From Eledone cirrhosa (Eukaryota): DNA of 64,000 nt. Positions within the stretch are counted from its first letter, which is position 1. Each line of letters begins with the position of its first letter. The stretch spans positions 221,464,001 through 221,528,000 of the forward strand of contig OZ024742.1 in the NCBI GenBank assembly GCA_964016885.1. Reading direction: 5' to 3'. The notes under the pieces are model-generated. The model searched no databases and was not told where the DNA came from. It worked only from the letters and a program-made list of their open reading frames with translations. This document shows positions 13,474-25,694 of the stretch, in pieces. The position numbers and the translations under genes are program-made.

Positions 13474-13715
13474 TTAAATTAAGTCAGCTACCCTCAGTAG
13501 TGAAGACACCCAAGGGCCAGAGGTGGTGAGGGCTGATCTCAAATCACTGAGACTCACAGAGGAGATGAAGGAATGTGGCGAGCATAAATCACACACACAT
13601 ACATACAATGCATACATACACTTGCATGTAAAATCCACTTACATATACGTTATATTCACAAGCACACATACAGCTGCTTCACTATATACACATACACACA
13701 CACATTCCCATGTAT

Positions 13716-14194
13716 ATCATCATCATCATCATCATCATTTTACGTTCGCTTTTCCCTGCTTGCAAGGGTGGGATGGGTCTTATTCAGCACAGCATCTCTC
13801 CACTTGTCACGGTCCTTCGTCATCTCCACCGTGAGCTTCAACGATTTGAGGTCTGTTCTCACCACCTCCGCCCATGTTTTTCGTGGTCTACCTCTACCAC
13901 GTCTTCCTTCAATTGGTATTTCCTGTCACTTCTTCACCCATCGGTCATCCTCCATGCACATCACATGTCCATACCTCCTCAGTCTCCTCCCCCGTACACT
14001 ACATTCTATCCCTCTCAGACACAGTTTCTCTCTCAACACATTCATGGTGGGTCGTTCACGCACATTTACACTGCACATCCAACGGAGCATGCTTGCCTCA
14101 TTTCTCTCCAGCCGTCGCATATCCTCTGCAGTTGCTGCCCATGTCTCACTACCATGCAGCATCGCGCTCCTCACACAGGCATCATACAACCGTA
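13716..14194 (-). mobile_element. RTE LINE 3' fragment (second subfamily)
   Basis: RLYDACVRSAMLHGSETWAATAEDMRRLERNE on the minus strand; (CAT)n tail at about 13716-13737. Confidence 0.88.
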
Positions 14195-14774
14195 TATCTG
14201 GTTTAGAATTTGGACACCGTATCCCTGCATGTTGTAATTGCAACTAAAAGGGTTAGTGTCATGAAGGGCTGTAAAACATTGCCTTAAAAAACCCTTTCCA
14301 ACACATGCCAACATGGAAATGTCAATATATGTGATGATGATGATGATGATGAGGATAAGGTTAAAGTTACTAAACCAAGACTATATAACGTTTTTTAATC
14401 TATTGAATTAGAAAATCTTTTGAGAAATATGTTTTAGTGACTGAAAAAACCAGAACATGTTGGTGCAGGAAGCTGATCAATAGGACAGTACCGAACAGCA
14501 ATGTTGATTGGTCAGTGGTCAGCAGTCTAGTATTCTGGTCAGTGGTGCTCTTTTTGTAAGTATTGGGTTTGGAAAGTCCTTATAATGGCCATCTGTGCTT
14601 TGGCCTTTTGCCAGATAGAGTAAAGAGTTCTGTTCAATTGCTTCATGATATTATAGTATTAAACACTGAGACCTGTGTGCATGTGTGTGTATATGTGTAT
14701 ATATTGTGAGTATATGGGTATATATATGTGTGTATTGTGTATCTGTGCATGTGTAATATATATCAACATTATTT

Positions 14775-14905
14775 ACGGCCCTTTCCATTCTGAGTTCAAA
14801 TGTCGCCGAGGTCAACTTTGCCTTTCATCCTTACGGGGTCGATAAAATAAAGTACCAGTAATGTACTGGGTAATTGCTTGCCTTGTGCCAAAAGTAGAAA
14901 CAATT
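14775..14905 (+). mobile_element. SINE fragment (cephalopod-type family)
   Basis: ctgagttcaaat...gaggtcaactttgcctttcatccttacggggtcgataaaataaagtaccag, shared with many copies in the window. Confidence 0.8.
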
Positions 14906-16109
14906 ATTTTTATGCCTGTTTTTTCCATGCTTCCGTGGGTCATCACCATCATCATCATCATTGTCACTGTTTAACGTCCATTTTTCCATACTAGCATGGG
15001 TTTGATGAGTTCTCCCATTGTGAGACAAGCCAGAACAGATGACCGTGTCTTGCTCATATAGAACTGATTCTGGCTTGGTTTCTATTTGTATTGTATGTAT
15101 GTATGTTAATGTCAGGCCACTCTTCAGTGCTACTGGTAACATGTAACCCAGTACAACCTGTACATGGTTGGGTCGTCAGCGATAAACCGGCAACCCCACC
15201 ATGCTTGGACACCCTGCGGGATGAAATACAAAGCCCGTCAAAGGGCGGAGTAACTCAGGAGAGTCAACGGCCATCCAATAAAGTTTTTTTTTTGTGGAGC
15301 GAGAGACCCCTTGTCTTCATTAAGACATCTTTCTAGGAGAAGGTCACTCTGATATAAAACGTGCAGCTTTGTTTGAATATAATGATATAGTCCAGTTCTT
15401 ATTTTGGGGCAAATACATTTGATGTTCGGAGTGGGATTGGCCCTGTGCAAAGCTTTTCCTCACTTAAAAAAGTTTCAAGCACAGACATCGCTTGGTATGT
15501 GACATTTTTTGCAATGCATGGTATTGCTGGCCATAGACAAGTCCCTAGAAGGACTAAAACGCCATGCCCATGATGTTCATGCTAAAGTACCAAGCGATAG
15601 CATTACTCAAATCAAGTTGCAGCCATCATGTATGTATGTACGAATATATGTATCACTACCATCATCAATGCTTACATTCCCTTAATACCAAGCTGTATAT
15701 TTTAAAATGTTCATCATCATCATCACCACCACCACCACCATTTAACACCTTGCTAGTAATGGTTGGCTGGGTCATCACAGACCAAGTCAGTACTTAATCA
15801 GAGCCACTAAACTTTCAGCTCAGCTGGTGAGTTGCATATCACTTTACATTCCGACATGCTTCAGTGTGCTAGGTGCATTTTATCATGGCACCAATACTAG
15901 CAAGTTGCATTGACACAACGTTTTTTGGTAAGTTTTCTTTTGCTGGGTGCCCTTCCCATAACTAACCAGCCTACTAAAAGCCTACTATCATAATTCTATG
16001 AGAGAACCTTTGTTTCAATTATGTATCAAACAGTAGCTTAATAATTAAAATGCTAGTTATACAAGTGACTGAAATGGGGTTCCTCCAAAGGGGGTCTTTG
16101 GAGTAACGT

Positions 16110-16450
16110 TACTTGATAGAGTGCGTATCTCGGAGATCAGAGAGTCACTCCAGGTAGAGCCGCTACTTCTCTGAACTGAGAGATCACAGCTTTGATACTA
16201 TGGGCATGGTGTTAGAATGTCTTAGGAAAGAATCGTTGGACAGATTTCACAGGAAAAAACCAGCCGGCAGGAGACAGCAGGGGTAGACCGCCAGCAAGAT
16301 GGTTAGATAACATCCAGCAATGTGGCTGGTCTCACTTGGGGATCCAACCGGATTAGTTGGAAATGGTTACTTCTGACAGGACCCGCTGGAAGGAGTGTTT
16401 GAGGACTCTGCCCCCACGATCTTTTTAGAAATAAGTGGGCAAAGAAAAAG
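16110..16450 (+). mobile_element. Decayed 3' end of a different RTE-type LINE
   Basis: DRVRISEIRESLQVEPLLL, YYGH.VRM and GRPPARWLD motifs in broken frames. Confidence 0.65.
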
Positions 16451-16560
16451 AAAAGAAGTTATTTTACTAAATTCTTCTAAATTCTTGATTATTTTCCAGA
16501 TTAACTGGGACTTATATAATTATAAAAGGGATAAAGAAACAAAAGGTAAAATAAACAAAC

Positions 16561-16667
16561 CTGTTGAAATCTGAGACATATTTGTGAATACAGGAAAATG
16601 CTTGATAGAATCGTGTGAGAATTTCAATGTGGTTTTCTTTGAATTCATCATCAAGATCTTGTAGGTC
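16561..16667 (-). CDS. WASHC5: WASH complex subunit 5 (strumpellin), second coding exon
   Basis: 107 nt with tttag acceptor and GT donor; [35 protein letters not shown](R) matches strumpellin [21 protein letters not shown] as recalled; in phase with the previous exon; absent from the ORF track. Confidence 0.93.
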
Positions 16668-16907
16668 CTAAATAAATGAGATAGACAGAAAAATATTCAT
16701 CATCAAGATCTCATAGGTCCTTAATAAATGAGATAGACAGAAAAATAAACATCCACTATTGAGATCTTGTATGTATGTTTGGACCTGTAACTCCTGATGG
16801 AGTCAGAGGGGCACTGTGTTAACATACAGTGCCTCTTGAGTGCTTTAAACCTGGCAGAGTCCATCCTCTCTCTAGGTCTGAACATAACCAATTTCTTTCA
16901 AAGAATG

Positions 16908-16950
<43 letters not shown>

Positions 16951-16989
16951 GAGTAATAGATAGGAAGTGTGAAAGAGATATGTAGGAAG

Positions 16990-17152
16990 AATTGAACCCA
17001 GTAGTGGACTGGTATATTTTTTTTTATTGACCTCGATAGGATGAAAGGCAAAGTTGACCTTGGTGGGATTTGAACTGAGAGCACAGACAGCTGAAACGAA
17101 TATCACAAAGCATTCTATCCAACATTTTAATGACATTGCCAATTTTCTGCCT
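16990..17152 (-). mobile_element. SINE copy
   Basis: ggatgaaaggcaaagttgaccttggtgggatttgaact family signature. Confidence 0.75.
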
Positions 17153-17446
17153 TCTGAGATTTTCTGTAGGTCATTAATAAATGAGAGTCAGAAAAATGAA
17201 ACAGTTTGATGAACTGGTAAAAGATGTGGAGAGTCACAAGAATGGAGGGTGATAATAAAAAAAAAAGAGAAATATAAAGATGGTACTGTATGTAATAGTT
17301 GGTATATTATATATAAGAAGTGTTTTAAGGCCATTTTCTCTATTAAAGAAATTGTAGCCATGTGGGCTTCATATTGATCATGGGAAGGGGATAAAGATAA
17401 TATTGTATATATTGGAAGTTATATATATATATATATATATATATAC

Positions 17447-17712
17447 AACATCCAGTCCGAAACAAATGAGGTTGTGTAGGTGTCACGACAAAAAAAACAC
17501 ACAGTCCACGCTGTAATGTGGCCGTGTAGGTAACACGGTAAAAACCTCCCAGTCCACACTGTAAACGTGGTTGGTGTTAGGAAGGGCACCCAGCCGTAGA
17601 AAACCCGCCAGACAGTCCTGAGCAAGACAACCAATCTTGCCTCAAGTGCGACAATTCCCGTCCAGACCCATGCTAGCGTGGAAAATGGACGTTAAACGAT
17701 GATGATGATGAT
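17447..17712 (+). mobile_element. RTE 3' UTR fragment with (GAT)n tail
   Basis: Homologous to 21079-21354; flanked by (TA)n. Confidence 0.85.
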
Positions 17713-17730
17713 ATATATATATATATATAT

Positions 17731-20700
17731 ACGGAGTTCCGGAGAGTTGAAGAGAGAAAAATCTGGACGCTCAGCGACAATGCCAAAGTTAAAGCAAAGT
17801 TAAAGACAATCACACCTCGTGGACGAGAATGCGAGCATGCCTCTTTGTTTCGGCCGCGGATGGCTAACATAACCCCATCTCCCCCCGCTCCCCACCTTTC
17901 CAACCCCCCAAACGCAATCCAAAACTTCAGATTTGGTACCTTGAATGTAGGCACGTTAAAGGGTCGCTCTAACGAGGTTGTAGAAATGCTTGAACGTAAG
18001 GAGGTCGATGTTTGTTGTATTCAAGAGACCAGTTGGAGGGGTGGATCTGCTAGATACATTGTGGGTAGAAAACGATGCTATAAGCTTTTCTGGGTGGGAA
18101 ACGACAATGGGCTGGGTGGAGTAGGAATCATGGTAGCAGAAAAGTGGGCAGATAAGATAATAGACGTAAATAGAGTGAACGACAGAATAATTAAAATACG
18201 ACTTGTCCTCAATAGAACTACGGTGACAGTAATATCCGCGTACGCACCCCAATCCGGACTGCCCAGCACTATAAAAGACAGATTCTATGAGACACTGATG
18301 CTCACTACCTCCCAAATAACCGACAATGACTATATAATTATTGCAGGCGACCTAAACGGTCACGTTGGACAACATTGTGACGGCTACGACGAAATCCATG
18401 GAGGCTATGGGTTTGGTACTAGAAATGAGGAAGGCTCCAGAATCCTGGAATCCTGTGACGCAAATAACCTAACTGTCTGTAACACTAACTTCAAAAAACG
18501 AGACAATCACTTGATCACCTACAGATCAGGGGAACATACTAGCCAGGTAGATTATATCCTTACCAGAAGACGTGACAAAGTGACTGTCGTAAACACTAAA
18601 TCCCTCCCCCATGAAGAATGCACTTCCCAACATAGACTGATAATTAGCGACCTAATAGATAGGACAAGTAGTACTAGACAACAGAAGAGGACTATCCTCA
18701 GGAGAAAAATATGGAAGCTAAAGGACCCCACAGCCAAAAATAAATTCCAAAGCATATTACTTGATGCTTTCGACAGTGAGGAAGAGCAATTAGAGACGTA
18801 CAAGGTAGAGGAACAGTGGGAATTCCTGAAAGCAAACCTGCTGACGGCGGCAGACGAAGTTTGTGGCTGGAGCAGGCCTGTAGGCAGGAGGAGAGTAACA
18901 TGGTGGTGGAACAGTAAGGTGGAGGGGTCAATTAAGGCCATAAAGCAGGGTTGGAAAGTATGGCGGGATGGGGGAAGCAGAGAAGACTATCAAGTGGCCA
19001 GGAGGGAAGCTAGGAGACAAGTGTACTTCGCAAGAAGGGAAGCAGAGGAAAGAAAGTTCAAGCATGTTCTACAACGTGAGGACCAAAAATGTGAGGTGTT
19101 CAGGATTGCTAGGCAATGTGTCAAGGAAAACAGTGATATTGTCGGGGAGAAGTGTGTACTTAACGATGACGGCGTACTTGCCATCACCGACGCCGATAAG
19201 AAGGTAGCTTGGAAGTGTCACTATGAAAGGCTACTAAATGAGGAGAATAAATGGGAGAAAGACAGTCTCCCCCACATCGACCCAATAGAGGGACCAGCAG
19301 TGTTAGTCGAGGGGAGTATAATAAGTAAGGCAATCAAAGATATGAAGACAGGCAAGGCGGCTGGCCCTTCAGAAATAGTTGCCGAGATGCTGAAGGCATC
19401 TGGTACGGTGGGACACACCATGGTCACCCGGATAGTCAACCAAGTCATACAGAATGGGGTTGTTCCGAAGGACTGGCGTAGCAGCATTATCGTTAACTGT
19501 TATAAGGGTAAAGGAGATGCCCTAGATAGGAGTAACTATAGAGGCATTAAATTATTCGACCAGGTCATGAAGGTCACGGAAAAAGTAATAGCGCAACTAA
19601 TCAGAGAGCGAATTGATCTAGATGAAATGCAGTTCGGGTTTGTGTCAGGAAAAAGTACCACAGACGCTCTTTTCATTGTACGACAACTACAGGAGAAGTA
19701 CCTAGCTAAAAGTAAACCCCTATACTTAGCTTTCGTCGACTTGGAGAAGGCCTTCGACAGAGTCCCCCGTTCCATTATCTGGTGGGCTCTTAGAAAACTA
19801 GGTGTTGATGAATGGCTTGTGAGAGCTATACAAGCCATGTATAAAGAAACAGTCAGCAAGGTTAGAATTAACAACGAATATAGTGAAGAGTTTAGTGTAA
19901 AAGTTGGTGTTCATCAGGGCTCTGTTCTTAGCCCCCTACTATTTATTATTGCCCTCCAGGCTATAACAGTGGAGTTCAAGACCGGCTGCCCATGGGAACT
20001 CCTATACGCAGATGATCTAACGCTCATAGCTGAATCAATGGCCGAGCTAGAGAAGAAATTCCAAACATGGAAGCACGGCCTAGAATCAAAAGGCCTTAAA
20101 ATTAACCTGGCTAAGACTAAAGTTCTAGTTTGTAAGAAAGAAAATAAGGCGGCGGTCCCCTCCGGGAAGTGGCCATGCGCAGAGTGTAGGAAAGGCGTAG
20201 GTAGAAATTCCATTTTGTGTCCCAAATGCAAAGTTTGGGTGCATAAAAGATGTAGTGTGATCACAGGTAAGCTAACTAAGAACATAGATTTTACATGTGG
20301 CCGGTGTTCTTGGGCAATAAGTAGCAGCAAGTGCCCACAAAATACTAGCTCTTTCAACTGCGCAGAGGGTTCTATAGAAATAGTGGACAGCTTCCGTTAC
20401 CTGGGTGACAAAATCAGCAGTGGGGGAGGGTGCTCTGAAAGTACAGTAGCTAGAGTCAGAACTGGGTGGAAAAAGTTCAGAGAGCTTATACCACTATTAG
20501 CCGCTAAAGGGTTCTCCCTAAAAATGAAAGGCAGGCTGTACGATGCCTGCATACGAACAGCAATGTTGCATGGCAGTGAGACCTGGGCATTGTGTGCAGA
20601 GGATATACGCAGACTAGAGAGAAACGAAGCTTGCATGCTCCGCTGGATGTGTAATAGTAATATACGTGAACGACAAAGCATAAACGAACTAAGGAAAAAA

Positions 20701-21354
20701 TTAGAAATAAGAGGGATCAGATGTTGTTTACTAGAGAGAAGGCTACGTTGGTATCGTCACGTGATGCGCATGAAGGACGATAGCTGTATAACAAAGTGCA
20801 GGGCAATAAAGATAGACGGTAGCCACGGAATAGGCAGACCCAGAAAAACCTGGGACGAGCTGATAAACTCCGACCTCACACACTTACACCTCACCAAGAC
20901 AATGTCACTGGACTGAGACCTTTGGCGGTACTCAGTAATAGAGAAGACCCGCCTTACCTAAATACAAAGTAAAACCTACTACAGTCAGTAGGCATCTCTA
21001 ACAAAATACACCCCCGTCCCACCACCACCACCCCATCCACACCGCCCCTTCTATGTAAAGTTATGTTGGTGCCACACCATCCAGGCCGAAACAAATGAGA
21101 TCGTGTAGGTGTCACGACAAAAAAACACACAGTCCACGCTGTAATGTGGCCGTGTAGGCAACACGGTAAAAACCTCCCAGACCCACACTGTAAATGTGGT
21201 TGGTGTTAGGAAGGGCATCCAACTGTAGAAAACCTGCCAGACAGTCCTATGCGAGCAAGACAATCACTCTTGCCTCAAGTGGGACTAGCCCCGTCCAAAC
21301 CCACGCAAGCGTGGAACACGGACGTTAAACGTTGATGATGATGATGATGATGAT
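17731..21354 (+). mobile_element. Near full-length RTE-clade LINE (APE endonuclease + RT + PHD-like finger)
   Basis: Single ORF: GTLNVG, IQET, SAYAPQ, GDLNGHVG, SQVDYIL, SQHR (APE); QFGF, VDLEKAFDRV, HQGSVLSP, YADD (RT); (GAT)n tail. Confidence 0.96.
17860..20916 (+). CDS. RTE polyprotein (APE-RT); premature TGA removes the last 15 residues
   Basis: First ATG at 17860; gac-tga-gac here versus gac-cga-gac in sister copies; ancestral stop at 20959-20961. Confidence 0.9.
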   Translation: MANITPSPPAPHLSNPPNAIQNFRFGTLNVGTLKGRSNEVVEMLERKEVDVCCIQETSWRGGSARYIVGRKRCYKLFWVGNDNGLGGVGIMVAEKWADKIIDVNRVNDRIIKIRLVLNRTTVTVISAYAPQSGLPSTIKDRFYETLMLTTSQITDNDYIIIAGDLNGHVGQHCDGYDEIHGGYGFGTRNEEGSRILESCDANNLTVCNTNFKKRDNHLITYRSGEHTSQVDYILTRRRDKVTVVNTKSLPHEECTSQHRLIISDLIDRTSSTRQQKRTILRRKIWKLKDPTAKNKFQSILLDAFDSEEEQLETYKVEEQWEFLKANLLTAADEVCGWSRPVGRRRVTWWWNSKVEGSIKAIKQGWKVWRDGGSREDYQVARREARRQVYFARREAEERKFKHVLQREDQKCEVFRIARQCVKENSDIVGEKCVLNDDGVLAITDADKKVAWKCHYERLLNEENKWEKDSLPHIDPIEGPAVLVEGSIISKAIKDMKTGKAAGPSEIVAEMLKASGTVGHTMVTRIVNQVIQNGVVPKDWRSSIIVNCYKGKGDALDRSNYRGIKLFDQVMKVTEKVIAQLIRERIDLDEMQFGFVSGKSTTDALFIVRQLQEKYLAKSKPLYLAFVDLEKAFDRVPRSIIWWALRKLGVDEWLVRAIQAMYKETVSKVRINNEYSEEFSVKVGVHQGSVLSPLLFIIALQAITVEFKTGCPWELLYADDLTLIAESMAELEKKFQTWKHGLESKGLKINLAKTKVLVCKKENKAAVPSGKWPCAECRKGVGRNSILCPKCKVWVHKRCSVITGKLTKNIDFTCGRCSWAISSSKCPQNTSSFNCAEGSIEIVDSFRYLGDKISSGGGCSESTVARVRTGWKKFRELIPLLAAKGFSLKMKGRLYDACIRTAMLHGSETWALCAEDIRRLERNEACMLRWMCNSNIRERQSINELRKKLEIRGIRCCLLERRLRWYRHVMRMKDDSCITKCRAIKIDGSHGIGRPRKTWDELINSDLTHLHLTKTMSLD

Positions 21355-21399
21355 ATATAATTGCTTCTTTGATTCTGTAACTGTCAATTTTGATAGCTG

Positions 21400-22760
21400 G
21401 TTCTTCTGTTGGGCCAGCTGGGGACAGTCTTTTGTCATCTTACCCATCTTCTACATTCATTTAACCTTTTGTAGAAACATTTCCAGAACCTTTTTTTTGG
21501 GGGGGGCATCAGTGATACTAAGTGCACCAGTGTCATTTTGTACACACATTTCCCCAACAACATCCATGTTATTATGGACACACTGCTTAGCAATGCAGAA
21601 CGCCTCATGTCTCTGGTCCTTATGTTGCAAGACACTGCCAAACCTACTGCTTTCAGCTACTTTCCCTGCTATGTGTACCCATTGTCTAGCTTCTCTTTTA
21701 GCTGCATAATATTGATCTTTGCTACCCCATTTCTCCAGTTTCTCCATGCCTGTTTCATCATCCATAGCGCTGTTCCACCACCAGGTCATTCTGTATGGCT
21801 GGTGCTTTTCTTCAACCACAAATCTCCTCATTAGCCTGCAGTAGGTTGTCTCATAGAAACTTCCAATTGCCCCCTCTGTCATATGTATCTAACATCTCCT
21901 CCCTTTTGCCATATCCATCATGTAAAGCATTTCTAAACCTTCATTTAACAGAGAGGTCCTCTAGATTCCATACTCTCCTTCTTCATATTTTCCTGTCTGT
22001 CTTGATCCATTTTGTGCTTATTCTGATATCACTAATAACTAACTTACATTGTATGATGCAGTCTTCTCTGGGGAAGGACTTATCATTCATAATCATCTGG
22101 CTGTCATATTTTTTTAACAAAGAGTCAATCTGGTTTGTGTATTCACCTGATTGGGAGGTGATCAGGAGGCTGGCTGATTTCTTGAAATTAATGTTGTAAA
22201 TATTAAGTTCATTCACATTACAGAATTCTAGGAGTCTAACCCTTTCTTTATTTCTCACACCATAACCATATCCACCAAACACTCCAGTGTATCCATCCTG
22301 GTGCTGCCCTACATACCCATTGACATCACTAGTGAGGATAATGAGGTCTCTGTCATGAGATTGTCTGTAGAAGTTCCTATTAGCGGCAGTCCTTTTGTTT
22401 CTTACTTAGTCCTGTTTGCTGTGCATAGCTAGAGATAACTCATCATTCTTTTGCCTATGACTATTCTGAGCTTGATAATTATGTCATTTAATCTAACTAC
22501 CCTGATTACTTTATCCATTTTTCAGCTACTACAATGCCTACTCCTTTTACCCCATCATCATTTCCAGTCTAGAAAAGCTTATATTTACAGTTTGCCTGTG
22601 ACGAGTCTTGCTGAGGCACCCCACTCCTTTTCACCTCTTAAACATAGTATACATTCATTTGTCTCCTCCTCCCAAATAACTCAACAATTTATCCAGTCTA
22701 CCTTTCAGAGTGCCCACATTGAGCGTAGCACTGTTACCAAACAGTGGTGATTAGGCCATC
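21400..22760 (-). mobile_element. Old degenerate RTE LINE (APE and linker region)
   Basis: GGYGYGVRNKERVRLLEFC, LITSQSGEYTNQID and TWWWN motifs with stops and frameshifts. Confidence 0.8.
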
Positions 22761-23232
22761 CTTTGATAGGGCAGTATCTCTCTTGATGAACGTCGAAGGG
22801 TTCTCATACATGGCTAAGTTAGCCCTCCGCTCACTAATATGCACAGCACTAACAACAATAAAATTAAGCCTTAGTTTATTTGTTAACATATTTCTAATGA
22901 AATACATTGCCTAAATCTTTTTAATAATTTTGAAAAAAATGTAAAAAATTAGGAGGGATTTAGTAATAAACTTTCTAATTAATAAGGTACTCTTTGGGGA
23001 TACCAACACCTTGTGAATGAAATTTGACAGATGGAAACTCTGCAGTAGTGTGTGTGTGTGTATTTATGCCCTTTAACTTAGAGATTCAACAAAAAATGAC
23101 TAGACTTGCAAAAATATAAAGATAATTAAGTTCTGGGGTCAATATGAACAACTAAATCCTTTCAAGGCAATGTCCCAGCATGACTACAGTCCAATGACGA
23201 GTAAAAGAATAAAAGAATAAAAGAATACTTAC

Positions 23233-23457
23233 AGGCCTGTTGTCAATTTTGGTGTCAAACTGTTCCGTGTTCTTGAAGTAACTGAAATCTGAGAGGATCT
23301 CTCCATATTTTGCCTGATCCTGACGGTTATCCTGGCGGAACACAGGGGGTATATAGTCAGACAGTCGTAGCAACTCAGCTATAATAGCATTACCTCTTGA
23401 TGTCAGATGAATCAAATTTTGGCCACATTGGTTATTTTCAGCTAGAAATTCTGTCAT
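23233..23457 (-). CDS. WASHC5: WASH complex subunit 5 (strumpellin), first coding exon; whole exon 23233-23515 includes 5' UTR
   Basis: [40 protein letters not shown] matches the strumpellin N-terminus (MLDFLAENNLCGQ...[12 protein letters not shown], as recalled); GTAAGT donor after 23233; polypyrimidine tract plus AG acceptor at 23516-23517. Confidence 0.95.
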
Positions 23458-24044
23458 GTTGACTTTGGTATGGATATAGCAGTAACCAGGGCTCTAAAAC
23501 ACTTTCTACTGGGATCTAGTAAAGAAAGTAAAATATAGAAATAAATAAAATAAAAAGAAAACAAGAAATACATAGTTACTCTCGAGCCTCGAATAATCGT
23601 CCCCACAATCGCTTATTAATTTTTCAGATTTTTTCCAACACCCACCAGTTTATTAATTTTTCAGATTTTGATGACGACTTTCTGCCCCTTTTTATTCTGC
23701 ATTTTTTTTTTTTTTTCGAACACATACTGTCTGAAAACTGCCCCTATTTCTGTGATAAACACTGTTTGTTTGTTTAAAAGTATTTATCTTCTCCAGGTTC
23801 CAATTGTCAAGGTTTGTTCCCTTCCAAACCCCCTTTGGGAGTCTTGGGATATGCATTCTTTGTGCATCCATCCCACACCTCCAAGGACAGGTCACAGGCT
23901 GATCGCCAGTTTCTACGGCATGAAATAGAGACTGCAATGTAAAAGTGTTTATAGCTAAAAAAAACCCAAAACAAATGTCATAATAATTTTATGTAAGGTT
24001 CTTTGTTAAGTTATATTCCACACACACACACACCAGCTAGTAAA

Positions 24045-24200
24045 GATTTCTACTATAGGCACAAGGCCAGTAATTCTTTGGACAGGGCAAGTCGATTAAA
24101 TCAACCCCAGTGCGTTACTGGAACTTTATTTTATTGACTCTGTTAAGGATGAAAGGCAATGCTAACCTTGGTGGGATTTGAACTCAAGATCTAAAGGGCC
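24045..24200 (-). mobile_element. SINE copy
   Basis: ggcacaaggccag...ggatgaaaggcaa...ggtgggatttgaactc. Confidence 0.72.
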
Positions 24201-24319
24201 ATACCAGCTAATAATGAGAAAGTTAGTTATATTATTAAACCCTTCCAAATTCTTGATTATTTAAAAAAAAATGTCTTCATTAGAAATATGGTAAAGTAAG
24301 AGTTAATTATATCATCACC

Positions 24320-24389
<70 letters not shown>

Positions 24390-24740
24390 AAAAATTGAAC
24401 AGGAACAAAACGGAGAGGCAGTACGAACAAAGGTTTATTAGTTTTACGCTCTTGAGAGTGGGGTAGTATATATATTCTTTTCATTTGCACATTGATAATA
24501 AATGCGATGGTGTGAGGTGTTAGAAAACATAAAAATAAAAAATAAAAAAATAAAAAAATATATATATATATATATATCAGAGATGAAAAGGATGCAAATC
24601 TATCATTCAAACTGTGTTGATTGATCACTGGCTTTCAAATGGAAATCAGAGAATGGTGGAGTGGGTGGGGTGGGGGTGCAAATTATCATTAATTCAAGTA
24701 TCTCTTTCCCCCTTCTCCCCTCTCACTCTCTCTATATGTA

Positions 24741-24811
<71 letters not shown>

Positions 24812-25694
24812 ACATATGCACTATCTCTATTTTTCTCACTGTATTCACATTTTCTACATACACCCTCTCTTTTTCTCATGCACACACATGTATTTACATA
24901 TACACACATAAATAATGTACATATATTTATACATGTATATGCATATAAGCCATGTCTAGGAGATTAATGACCATATTTTATACATATTCATACCAATATG
25001 TTCTGCCATCAATACATACATATAAATATACACACACTCACATACACATGTGCATATATAAACACATACATATACACAAACACATACATGTGCATATATA
25101 AATACACACACACACACACACTCACACATAAATATACACAGGCACACTCACACATAAACACATGCAATGTAAGGTAATTCAAGAGATTTTTCCTAATTAT
25201 TATATCCCTTTTTCATTAAAAAACTGTAATATAATGACATACTGTTAATTTGATACAATGAGCAGTCGTAAATATATATATATATATATGTATGTATAAT
25301 GTGTGTGTGTGTATATATATATATTATAGTAATGTATTTTTTGACAGAGAAACAAAGAAAATATTTCTCATAGGATATTATATAACATAACTTACATATT
25401 TTCTGTTTCAGTTTTTTTTTCTTCAGTTTTTATCATGTATAAAATTTATAAAAATTAAATCAGACTGTTGGTTTTAAGTATTAAAATTTACATATTGAAT
25501 CTCAATATTTTTACAATATGTCATTAAAGTAATGTTTTATAATTACAACCATATATTATATAACGATGAACATTTTTTTTTTTGTAAGTTGATTGTTATG
25601 GATATTGATGTAATGGAGGAAAATGAAAATTAAAAATCTCTATATGGAGGCCCTTGAAAAAATGGTAATAGCCCCTGCTCAAATGGAAAATTTA

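Noticed and set aside
15238-15450. ORF with YIQ...LNED resembling the next WASHC5 exon
   Set aside because: Motif spacing is 16 residues versus about 7 in strumpellin, with no other similarity or clear splice sites
20914-20916. Selenocysteine or readthrough at RTE TGA codons (also 32258 and 43730)
   Set aside because: Each stop is private to one copy; sister copies have CGA, AAA or AGA
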